The notes beneath the pieces were generated by a model that saw only the letters and a list, made by a program, of their open reading frames with translations, was not told the origin of the DNA and did no database searches. 32,000 nucleotides of DNA, taken from positions 1,080,001 to 1,112,000 of the forward strand of contig OZ245819.1 of NCBI GenBank assembly GCA_965228485.1, written 5' to 3'. Within the stretch, counting starts at the first letter, position 1, and every line of letters begins with the position of its first letter. Source of the stretch: Candidatus Saccharimonadota bacterium. Lineage in GTDB: Bacteria > Patescibacteriota > Gracilibacteria > UBA4473. A program made the translations under genes and the position numbers. Below are positions 24,460-32,000 of the stretch, piece after piece.

Positions 24460-25374
24460 ATGTCGAAGGTTTCTATTGTAATGCCCGCCTTTAATGAAGG
24501 AGAGTGGTTGAAGAATACGGTGTATGGGGTTATGGAGAATACAAATTTTCCAGATTTTGAAATTGTTGTAGTTGATGATGGAAGTGACGATGGGAGTGCC
24601 AAGTTTTTAAATGAGAAGCCAATTCCTAATGTTATTTATCACCGGCTGGAGAAAAGCCAGGGGGCTATTATCGCCCGAAATGAAGGAGGGAAAATAGCGA
24701 GTGGTAATTATCTCATTTTTATTGATGCCCATGAGATTCCTGAAACTGATAATTGGGTTTCTGTATTAGTGGGGTTACTAGAGAAGCCTAATACTGGTGC
24801 GGCAACTATTCCGATCTCAAGTTTTGAAGATCCTCGAAGGGTAGGTTATGTTTATCGTATTAAGGATTTGGCTTTAGAGCCAACTTGGGAATCATCAAAA
24901 TCAAAACATTTGGAATTAGTTCCGGCTATTCCTGGGGGATGTTTTGCTATAAAAAAATCTTTGTTCATTCAAACGGGAGGCTTTAATCCTTTACTTAAAA
25001 AGTGGGGGAGAGAGGACTTGGAGTATTCGCTTCGTTTATGGCGGATGGGGTATGATTTAAGGTCATCTAAATTGGCTAAAATTTCTCATGCTTTTAATCA
25101 TAAAAGAGCTTTTGAGATTAGCTGGGATCAGGTGGATCATAATATTTTGCTTATTGCTGATTTATTACTTTCTGTCGATGCGGCTATAAAAGTTTTCGAG
25201 CATCTAAAAAAGATTCGTCCACAGAATTATGATAAAATTTATCAACAATTATTAAATAATGAAGCCTACCAAACTTACAAAGCAAAACTACTGCTAAAGC
25301 GTAGTTTTGAGGACTATAGGATCGAGTTTAAAGACTATTTACCAAAAAATTATTCTCTTATGCCACAAGTATAA
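24460..25374 (+). CDS. GT-A fold glycosyltransferase (GT2), with ppGalNAc-T (GT27)-like motifs
   Basis: 'VSIVMPAFNEG', 'EIVVVDDGSDDGS', DxH 'FIDAHE' and 'WGREDLEYSLRLWRMGYDL'. ATG at 24460; the track start at 24382 is a GTG. Confidence 0.85.
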   Translation: MSKVSIVMPAFNEGEWLKNTVYGVMENTNFPDFEIVVVDDGSDDGSAKFLNEKPIPNVIYHRLEKSQGAIIARNEGGKIASGNYLIFIDAHEIPETDNWVSVLVGLLEKPNTGAATIPISSFEDPRRVGYVYRIKDLALEPTWESSKSKHLELVPAIPGGCFAIKKSLFIQTGGFNPLLKKWGREDLEYSLRLWRMGYDLRSSKLAKISHAFNHKRAFEISWDQVDHNILLIADLLLSVDAAIKVFEHLKKIRPQNYDKIYQQLLNNEAYQTYKAKLLLKRSFEDYRIEFKDYLPKNYSLMPQV

Positions 25375-26615
25375 AACATTCCAAGCCCTATATTTTTCCA
25401 GTCATTATCACTTCCAACTCTTAATGGAGTAGTGCTATAGCCAATATAACTAGGGACGATTGATCCAAGCTCTCCATGGTTTCCACTTCCCCAACACCAT
25501 AAAGCACCATCATTCTTTATCGCACAAGAGTGAGAGTATCCTGAAGCAACGCTTTCCCAAGTGTTCTCACTTCCTACCTGTGTAGGAACCCTCTTACTAT
25601 CTCTATAGCGTGATCCCAGACCAAGCTGTCCAGAGCCATCTCCTCCCCAACACCACAAAGTATTATCTGTTTTTATCGCACATAAGTGTCTTTTTCCTAT
25701 ACCAATACTTTTCCAAGTATCGGTACCAACCTGAACGGGAGTACTTCGATCTATAGCATCATTCTGTCCTAGTTGTCCATAACGGTTATCTCCCCAGCAC
25801 CACAAGGTATTATTATTTTTAGTCGCACAGGCAAATTTATTTCCAAGGTAAATATTTTTCCAATCGTTATCGCTACCAACTCGCACAGGGCTCGGTTGGT
25901 TATCTGATGGATCATTACTACCAATTCCAAGTCTTGAATCAGAATTACTCCCCCAACACGACAAAGTATTATCAGTTGTTATTCCACAAGTATGATCTAA
26001 TCCTGCTGAAACATCTTTCCAAGTACCAGGTAATCGCTTAGGGTAATGTTCATACTCATGAATTCCTCCTTTTCTGCCTATTCCTAGCTTCCCAAGGTAA
26101 GTGTGTCCCCAACACCATAACGTATTATCATCTTTTATTGCACAAACATGTCCAGAACCTAAACCAAATTCTATAGTATCTGCCAGACTACTTAAGTATG
26201 CAGGACTCATTCCCCAACATTGAAGATTTTTTCCACTTGAAATAGCACAAAAGGAAATCTCCCCAATTCCAACTTTGTTCCAACTACTACTTTCAAACTG
26301 CTCAGGCTCATGAGTATTTGATAATCCTGGAAGAGGTGAGCTTCCCCAGCACCAAAGAGCCTCTGGAACATGGCATGCCGAAAATTCAATATTTATGGGT
26401 TTATTATTCAGAAAAGAGTGCCATCCTGTGGTGGTTTGAGTTGGAACAAATCGTTCTTTCCCATCCAAGCTCTTAATTTTTTTACAAATTCCATGAGCAT
26501 TAATTATTTTATCGGCTGTTCCAATACGGAATCCAGTAAGAATGGTATTAATTGCAAAAACCTCGTCAAAAAGAAGCAATAACGAAAGTAAGAAAAATAA
26601 TTTTTTTGTTCTCAT
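25350..26615 (-). CDS. Secreted RCC1-repeat (seven-bladed beta-propeller) protein with an N-terminal two-Cys module
   Basis: Signal peptide 'LLLLFDEVFA|INT'. Seven '(L)WCWG..xxGxLG' blades with ~50-aa period. The start overlaps the upstream stop (ATGA). Confidence 0.88.
   Translation of the reverse strand: MRTKKLFFLLSLLLLFDEVFAINTILTGFRIGTADKIINAHGICKKIKSLDGKERFVPTQTTTGWHSFLNNKPINIEFSACHVPEALWCWGSSPLPGLSNTHEPEQFESSSWNKVGIGEISFCAISSGKNLQCWGMSPAYLSSLADTIEFGLGSGHVCAIKDDNTLWCWGHTYLGKLGIGRKGGIHEYEHYPKRLPGTWKDVSAGLDHTCGITTDNTLSCWGSNSDSRLGIGSNDPSDNQPSPVRVGSDNDWKNIYLGNKFACATKNNNTLWCWGDNRYGQLGQNDAIDRSTPVQVGTDTWKSIGIGKRHLCAIKTDNTLWCWGGDGSGQLGLGSRYRDSKRVPTQVGSENTWESVASGYSHSCAIKNDGALWCWGSGNHGELGSIVPSYIGYSTTPLRVGSDNDWKNIGLGMFYTCGIRE
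25353..26370 (-). repeat. Seven-fold ~150-nt periodic intragenic repeat (RCC1 blades)
   Basis: Recurrent 'ccccaacaccacaa'-type strings (reverse complement of L-W-C-W-G) near 25491, 25641, 25791, 25953, 26108, 26211 and 26343. Confidence 0.8.
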
Positions 26616-28519
26616 AGATTCATAACTTCCTTTAATTTATTAATTTGTTCTTGTTGATTTTCAATTAATTTCTGTTGTTGATCCGTTAGTTCTTTCATTT
26701 CTTTTAAGGCCTCAACAAGTATGGCATTTATATTTCCATAGCGAACCGACTTCAGCCCATCCACCTCGCTTGTTTCTACGAGTTCTGGTAGGACTCTTTC
26801 AACATCTTGAGCAATGAAACCAATAGAATTTTTATCAGAATTATTCCATTTAAATTTAACACCTTCTAATTGCTGAATAATTTTTATTGGATTTTTGATT
26901 TTCAAAATGTCTTTTTTCAAACGCTTATCAGAGGAGTAAACAAAATCTGTTGCTAGAACTGTTCCTTCAACATCTAGCTTCTGAGAAGGGGCCGTCGTCC
27001 CAATCCCGACATTGCCCGTATGCGCAACCGTCATGGAAGGTGTCCCGCCATAATAGGAATTACCAGCAGCACCATCTACATAAAACCGAATATCCCCTGC
27101 ATTGGACACCAAACGTATCCAGTTGCTTCCACCTTCAGAATAAAGCCCTAAATCAGTACCAGAAGCCAAACCCGCTTTGTTGATGATGCCCTCTCGAACC
27201 CTCAAACCACCACTACCAATATCCAACGTAGCACTCGGCGCCGTCGTCCCAATCCCAATATTCCCATTTCCTAGATTCAAGGTCATCATATCACCGCCAC
27301 CACCAGTAGAAGAAAATCTAGCTGTATCCTGAGCTCCTGCATAAGTTTTTATTCTTAATGAGTCTGTAGCATTACTAATAATTAAGCCGTCATCACTAGC
27401 TCCACCATTAACTTTCATATCTCCGACCACCTGAAGCGCATGAGATGGATTTGTCGTCCCAATTCCAACCTTCCCACTAGCATTAACAGTCAGAACGGTA
27501 GTTCCTGGTCCGCTATTAAATTTTGCTAAGTCCCCTGTTTGAGAATTATTTCCTTCCACTACAAGAGGAGTGGAAGCTGGGTGTTCTGATTTTGCAAATA
27601 CCCCGACTCCATTAGGGCTATAACTCTCTCCCCACACACCAAATACATACCCGCTAGAAGCTTGCGCTGTCCCACGAACAGCGGTTCCAGTTGTACTGTA
27701 ATTCATACCATAAATACTTGTAGAATATTCTGCAGACGCGTCAGCGTTACCATAAATCCCTATTCCATATTGTCCCATAGCATTCCCATAAACCCCTATT
27801 CCATTTTGACCACTCGAAACACCAGAAACTCCTTGTCCATTTGTTACGGTGCTTACTGAAGATATGGCAGCGTCCGTACCGTTACTGACAGAGGCCTGGA
27901 TTCTACCATTTACCTCTAATTCTGTCGTTGGACTTGAAACTCCAATTCCTACTCTCCCATTCTCTTGTATTTTCATAAGTTCAGCCCAATTTCCTCCTGG
28001 TCCAGGAGCATTTTTTCCGATAATTAAAGCTCGATTGTCATTATCGTTATTATTCCAGTCCATAGAGATGTAGACATTGTCTTCTCCGTTTAATTCCAGC
28101 GCCCCACTACTATCATATACGGTTCCCCCTCTTACGAGCAAAGTTCCATCTATCTGGAGATCACCGTCTTCATCAATATTGGCTTTATCTGCATCGGCTC
28201 CCGTTCCAATCTGGAAAAGTTTTTCATTGGCCGCAGGGGACTCTTTATGTACAGAAAATTGCGCTGGAGGTACGGCTGTCCCAACTCCAACCTGTCCGTT
28301 AGTATAGTACATATCTCCACCACTAGAATTCCAGAGCTGGTTGCTCAGAATATCTATCGCTGATGATATGGTAATAAGATCTGAGCGTACTTTGTTCCAG
28401 TCAGAGGCTCGAATAAGCTCCCCACTGTTTACCGTCGGAGTCGTTATCGTTACTGCGGCGTAGGAAATGTTTGAAAGGCCAAGTAATAGCCATGCTAGTA
28501 GTAGAGTTCTCATATTCAT
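26612..28519 (-). CDS. Secreted tail-fibre-like protein with a C-terminal peptidase S74 intramolecular-chaperone (auto-cleaving) domain
   Basis: Signal peptide 'LLLGLSNISYA|A'. Five 'G(V/I)G(T/V)xxPxxxLxV' knots and a Gly/Ser/Thr/Tyr-rich middle. The C-terminus 'SSDKRLKKDI...GFIAQDVERVLPELV...' is followed by a coiled coil. Confidence 0.85.
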   Translation of the reverse strand: MNMRTLLLAWLLLGLSNISYAAVTITTPTVNSGELIRASDWNKVRSDLITISSAIDILSNQLWNSSGGDMYYTNGQVGVGTAVPPAQFSVHKESPAANEKLFQIGTGADADKANIDEDGDLQIDGTLLVRGGTVYDSSGALELNGEDNVYISMDWNNNDNDNRALIIGKNAPGPGGNWAELMKIQENGRVGIGVSSPTTELEVNGRIQASVSNGTDAAISSVSTVTNGQGVSGVSSGQNGIGVYGNAMGQYGIGIYGNADASAEYSTSIYGMNYSTTGTAVRGTAQASSGYVFGVWGESYSPNGVGVFAKSEHPASTPLVVEGNNSQTGDLAKFNSGPGTTVLTVNASGKVGIGTTNPSHALQVVGDMKVNGGASDDGLIISNATDSLRIKTYAGAQDTARFSSTGGGGDMMTLNLGNGNIGIGTTAPSATLDIGSGGLRVREGIINKAGLASGTDLGLYSEGGSNWIRLVSNAGDIRFYVDGAAGNSYYGGTPSMTVAHTGNVGIGTTAPSQKLDVEGTVLATDFVYSSDKRLKKDILKIKNPIKIIQQLEGVKFKWNNSDKNSIGFIAQDVERVLPELVETSEVDGLKSVRYGNINAILVEALKEMKELTDQQQKLIENQQEQINKLKEVMNL

Positions 28520-28582
28520 GTTGTTTCATACTTCATAATACAAGTATCTACTTTAGGTTTAAAGCTAAATTTTCCGAAAAAA

Positions 28583-28611
28583 TTAGAGTTCTTGTTTTTT
28601 ATTTTTAAAAT
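28583..28611 (+). promoter_or_regulatory. Promoter TTAGAG-17-TAAAAT ending 9 nt before the malic-enzyme ATG
   Basis: TTAGAG at 28583-28588 and TAAAAT at 28606-28611. No SD lies before 28621. Confidence 0.35.
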
Positions 28612-28620
28612 ATTGCCAGT

Positions 28621-29754
28621 ATGGACTATAAAAAAGCATCGGTTTCAGTGAGAGAGGAGACGGGTGGGCAGATTGAAACAGGCTTAAAGACCTCGCTAGA
28701 TACTCAAGATGATTTAGCAACTTTCTATAGCCCAGGAATTGCTGGACCTTGTATGGTTATTGCCGATGATGTTGAACAATCAAAGAAATTAACCATCAGA
28801 AAAAATACGGTTGCAGTTGTGTCAGATGGAAGTGCTGTTTTGGGGCTTGGAAACATTGGTCCAGAGGCAGCTTTGCCGGTTATGGAGGGAAAGAGTATGT
28901 TGCTTAAACATTTTGGAGGGGTTGATGGATTCCCCATTGTTTTAAATACTCAAGACACAGAAGAAATTATAGAAACGGTCAAAAGAATTGCTCCAACTTT
29001 TGGAGGTATTAATTTAGAAGATATTGCGGCGCCTCGTTGTTTTGAAATTGAACAGCGGCTTACAGAAGCATTAGATATTCCTGTTTTTCATGACGATCAG
29101 CATGGAACCGCTATCTGTACTCTCGCCGCACTGATTAATGCCTTGAAGCTTACTAAAAAGTCTAAGGACGATATTCGAGTGGTTATTTCTGGGGCGGGAG
29201 CTGCTGGAATTGCGACAGCAAAGCTGCTTCGTTCTTGGGGAGTTGAAGATTTGGATTTAGTGGATTCTCGTGGAGTTATTGATTGTCGTCGTGAGGGATT
29301 GAATGGAGAAAAGAAAGAGTTTTGTAGCTTTAAAGAAGGTAATTTAGCCTCAGTTTTGGTGGATGCAGATGTTTTTATTGGAGTTTCAAAAGCTAATATT
29401 TTAACTCCTGAAATGGTAAAATCTATGAAAGTGAATCCTATTGTTTTTGCGATGGCCAATCCGGATCCAGAAATTCATCCTGATTTGGCTGAAGAAGCAG
29501 GTATAGCGGTGATGGCCACAGGACGTTCAGATTATCCAAATCAGATCAACAATGTACTCGTGTTTCCGGGTTTATTTAGAGGTTTATTAGATGCAGGAAT
29601 TAATAGAGTAACCGAAGAAATGAAGTTGGAAGCGGCTATGGCCCTGGCCAGTATAGTGGAGACCCCTCGATCAGATTATATTATTCCTCATCCTTTTGAT
29701 GAAGCGGTACCAAAGGTTATTGCTCAAGCTATAAAAGGAGTGAGTGCAACCTAA
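28621..29754 (+). CDS. NAD(P)-dependent malic enzyme (short, single-module form)
   Basis: 'VVSDGSAVLGLGNIGPEAALPVMEGKSMLLKHFGGVD', 'VFHDDQHGTA' and 'GAGAAGIA' (Rossmann). Confidence 0.92.
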   Translation: MDYKKASVSVREETGGQIETGLKTSLDTQDDLATFYSPGIAGPCMVIADDVEQSKKLTIRKNTVAVVSDGSAVLGLGNIGPEAALPVMEGKSMLLKHFGGVDGFPIVLNTQDTEEIIETVKRIAPTFGGINLEDIAAPRCFEIEQRLTEALDIPVFHDDQHGTAICTLAALINALKLTKKSKDDIRVVISGAGAAGIATAKLLRSWGVEDLDLVDSRGVIDCRREGLNGEKKEFCSFKEGNLASVLVDADVFIGVSKANILTPEMVKSMKVNPIVFAMANPDPEIHPDLAEEAGIAVMATGRSDYPNQINNVLVFPGLFRGLLDAGINRVTEEMKLEAAMALASIVETPRSDYIIPHPFDEAVPKVIAQAIKGVSAT

Positions 29755-29759
29755 ATCGT

Positions 29760-29787
29760 TTGTATTTTTATGGTTCTTTTCTAGAAT
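29760..29787 (+). promoter_or_regulatory. Promoter TTGTAT-16-TAGAAT for the S41 protease gene
   Basis: TTGTAT at 29760-29765 and TAGAAT at 29782-29787. Confidence 0.4.
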
Positions 29788-29808
29788 CGCCCAGATTAAT
29801 TATTTTGA

Positions 29809-31200
29809 ATGCCACATTATCAAAGAAATATTCGTTTTGTTCTCTTCTTGGTATTGCCAATCCTTGGTTTCTTACTGGGCTGGAGCTTGAGTCAAAAGAA
29901 TGCCTCGGTGGCTCGAGATGTTTCTGTAGAACTTCCTGTAGAGGAAAAAAGTGAAGAAGATATTCATACCAATGTTATCAAAAGTTCATCAAAGTTTTTT
30001 AGAAAGACCGATCCAAAAGATGTTGATCTCGATATTTTTTGGGAAGTTTGGCATTTGACGGAATCAAATTTTCTTCATCCAGAACGTTTCAAAACTCAAG
30101 AACAAGTTTATGGTGCTACGAGAGGTTTAGTGGACTCATTAGAAGACCCCTATACGATCTTTTTGACGCCAAATGAGACTGAAGAATTTGATGAATCAAT
30201 GTCGGGAGAGTTTCAAGGAATTGGAGCAGAAATTGATAAACGAGATGGACAAATTATTGTTGTCAGTCCGCTCAAAGGTTCTCCAGCAGAATCAGCGGGA
30301 CTTAAAACTGGGGATATTATTTTTGAAGTTAATGGAGATCCAACCCATGGTTGGTCTATTACTGAAGCCATCACCAATATTCGTGGACCAAAAGGAGAGA
30401 AGGTTGTTCTGACTGTTATTCGCGAAGATGAAAGAAAGCCTGTGGAGATTACTATTGTTCGAGATAGTATTGTTCTCCCAACTTTGGAATGGGAAATAAA
30501 AGATGATGTGGCAGTGATTTCTGTGTACCAGTTTGGAAATAATGTAGTGAAAGATTTTAAAAAAGCGGTAGAAGAGATTGTTCTAGAAGCTCCAGAGGGG
30601 GTAGTCATTGATTTGAGAGGTAATGGAGGAGGACTCCTTGACGCGAGTATCAAAATTATTTCTGAGTTTTTAGAAAATGAAGTAGTCGTTAAAACCAGTG
30701 GAAGAAGATTTGGAGATAGTGGTGATTTGATGAGTGGACGAGATGGAGTATTCTTGGATATGCCATTAGTGGTGATTGTTAATAGAGGATCAGCGAGTGC
30801 TTCAGAAATATTTGCTGGAGCGATGCAGGATTATCGTCGAGGGGTGGTAGTCGGAGAAAAAACTTTTGGTAAAGGTTCAGTTCAAAACTTGGTGCCTTTG
30901 TCTGATGGTTCTAGTTTAAAAGTGACGGTGGCTGAATGGTTAACGCCTAAAGGTCGATCTATTCAGGATAATGGAATTACTCCAGATGTGATTGTTGAGC
31001 CAAGTGATGAGCCAGAAATTGATCTTATTTTGGATAAAGCTTTGTCTTTGTTTGGATCTGATGAAATGAATGAAATTTTATCTCAGCCAGCGCCTCCTAT
31101 TGAAGCAGAAGAGTCAGATGTATCACAAAAACTTGATTCTGCCCCTCAAGTTGATAATAGTGAGAATCAGCTTGATGAATCAGATGAAATTGCAGAATAG
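29809..31200 (+). CDS. ctpA: Carboxyl-terminal processing protease (peptidase S41) with a PDZ domain and an acidic tail
   Basis: N-terminal TM anchor, PDZ 'GIGAEI...VVSPLKGSPAESAGLKTGDII', and S41 core 'DLRGNGGG' and 'GSASASEIFAGA'. Confidence 0.9.
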   Translation: MPHYQRNIRFVLFLVLPILGFLLGWSLSQKNASVARDVSVELPVEEKSEEDIHTNVIKSSSKFFRKTDPKDVDLDIFWEVWHLTESNFLHPERFKTQEQVYGATRGLVDSLEDPYTIFLTPNETEEFDESMSGEFQGIGAEIDKRDGQIIVVSPLKGSPAESAGLKTGDIIFEVNGDPTHGWSITEAITNIRGPKGEKVVLTVIREDERKPVEITIVRDSIVLPTLEWEIKDDVAVISVYQFGNNVVKDFKKAVEEIVLEAPEGVVIDLRGNGGGLLDASIKIISEFLENEVVVKTSGRRFGDSGDLMSGRDGVFLDMPLVVIVNRGSASASEIFAGAMQDYRRGVVVGEKTFGKGSVQNLVPLSDGSSLKVTVAEWLTPKGRSIQDNGITPDVIVEPSDEPEIDLILDKALSLFGSDEMNEILSQPAPPIEAEESDVSQKLDSAPQVDNSENQLDESDEIAE

Positions 31201-32000
31201 AGTTTATGGAATTGTTTTTGGGATATTGTTGTCGCTTGTTGTGACGGAAGTTTCTGCAGCTCCGCGTGTTATGCGATTGGTTTTTGATGATCGAATTGTA
31301 ACCGTTAATTTTCAGGCTAATCCAGATCTTTTGGAGCAAACTCCTCAGCATTTTATAAAGATTGGATCGCAGTTAGTTCCAGCAGATTTTGATGAGAATT
31401 TGCCTTTGGCTTCCACTATTTGGCCTATTGAGACAGAATTTATAACAACGGTTTCAGAAGATAACCTGCGTGAATACTTTGATACTACTTCACTTTTGGG
31501 AGGTGGGGCAAAAGATCCGATTGAAATTACGATTAATGAAAATGATATTATTCGGATTAGTGGTCGTCCACGAATGGGAACTTTTGAGGTTGATTTTCCC
31601 CAGTTGGTCTTGCTTATGAATGCGGCTATTGCTGAAGAGCAAAATTATGTTCGAGTTCCGTCTCACAAAGTTTTTAATCCTGTGGTTGTTGATCAAGATT
31701 TGAAAGAGAGAGGAATTAAGGAAATAATTGCTATTGGGCGATCAAATTTTACGGGTTCGTCTCGAGCTCGTATTCAGAATATTATGGCTGGGGCGAGAAA
31801 ATTTAATGGTTTAATTGTTTCTAGGGGAAGAAACTTTTCTTTTAATCATACCCTTAAGTCTGTGAAAGAACGGGATGGTTTTGTAAAAGAGTTAGTAATT
31901 AAGGGAAATACAACAGAAAAAGAACTTGGAGGTGGTGTTTGTCAGGTCTCGACCACCGTTTATAGAGCGGCGTTTGAGGCAGGGCTTCCAATTTTGGATC
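31184..32000 (+). CDS. VanW-family protein, 3'-truncated by the window edge (absent from the ORF track)
   Basis: My own translation of frame 31184+: 'MKLQNRVYGIVFGILLSLVVTEVSAA...' (signal peptide) through '...GRNFSFNHTL...ELGGGVCQVSTTVYRAAFEAGLPILD' (VanW core motif). It overlaps the ctpA end by 17 nt. Confidence 0.8.
   Translation, partial: MKLQNRVYGIVFGILLSLVVTEVSAAPRVMRLVFDDRIVTVNFQANPDLLEQTPQHFIKIGSQLVPADFDENLPLASTIWPIETEFITTVSEDNLREYFDTTSLLGGGAKDPIEITINENDIIRISGRPRMGTFEVDFPQLVLLMNAAIAEEQNYVRVPSHKVFNPVVVDQDLKERGIKEIIAIGRSNFTGSSRARIQNIMAGARKFNGLIVSRGRNFSFNHTLKSVKERDGFVKELVIKGNTTEKELGGGVCQVSTTVYRAAFEAGLPILD

Noticed and set aside
26900-28300. Locally higher GC in the fibre gene as evidence of horizontal transfer
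   Set aside because: A spot count gave ~48% GC in one 60-nt line of this gene against ~33% in a line at 4.8 kb. The gene is dominated by Gly/Ala/Ser/Thr/Pro codons, which raise GC regardless of origin. I cannot compute codon-position statistics here.
26612-28519. Tail-fibre-like gene as a marker of a prophage or phage remnant
   Set aside because: No capsid, portal, terminase, baseplate, tape-measure, lysis or integrase genes flank it. The neighbours are a malic enzyme, an RCC1 protein, a GT2 and an aminotransferase. The protein also has a Sec signal peptide, which is atypical for virion fibres.
1-32000. Alternative genetic code (UGA=Gly, code 25) as in some CPR lineages
   Set aside because: TGA functions as a genuine stop at well-defined gene ends (for example 26612-26614 and 10881-10883, both in ATGA overlaps). 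Conserved proteins (EF-Tu, L2, S3, GuaA) are full length with no in-frame TGA.
1-32000. CRISPR arrays, IS elements, or long exact repeats
   Set aside because: I saw no regularly spaced direct repeats with unique spacers and no transposase-like ORFs. The only periodic repeats are intragenic (RCC1 blades, fibre knots, acidic lipoprotein units).

Overview
AT-rich, gene-dense bacterial chromosome segment with about 40 genes. It uses the standard genetic code: TGA acts as a true stop and conserved genes carry no in-frame TGA. I found no rRNA, tRNA, CRISPR array, transposase or prophage block. The core is housekeeping. A truncated S10 ribosomal-protein operon (rpsJ-rplC-rplD-rplW-rplB-rpsS-rplV-rpsC) lies on the minus strand, with tuf, guaA, ribD and a very long class A PBP also on the minus strand. 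On the plus strand are rpe, a flavodoxin-like oxidoreductase, ribE, yidD, an M50 site-2 protease, rplY, a class IV aminotransferase, a malic enzyme, an S41 protease and a VanW protein that runs off the 3' edge. fbp, an EVE-domain protein, a XerC/D-type recombinase and an FdtA-type cupin complete the left side. Small genes, weak or absent Shine-Dalgarno sequences, an orphan GspG-like pilin and elaborately decorated envelope proteins fit a CPR/Patescibacteria-like organism, but that placement is low confidence because no rRNA is present. The most unusual locus is 24.4-28.5 kb. It holds a signal-peptide-bearing tail-fibre-like protein with a C-terminal self-cleaving S74 intramolecular-chaperone domain. 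That gene is translationally coupled (ATGA overlap) to a secreted seven-bladed RCC1 propeller, in a non-phage context, and its partner converges on and overlaps a ppGalNAc-T-like GT2 glycosyltransferase. The propeller's N-terminal two-cysteine module recurs as a stand-alone small secreted protein at 10.9-11.2 kb. That small gene is coupled to a polytopic membrane protein, inside a three-gene insertion that splits tuf from rpsJ. All functional calls rest on motif recognition by eye; no database search was run.
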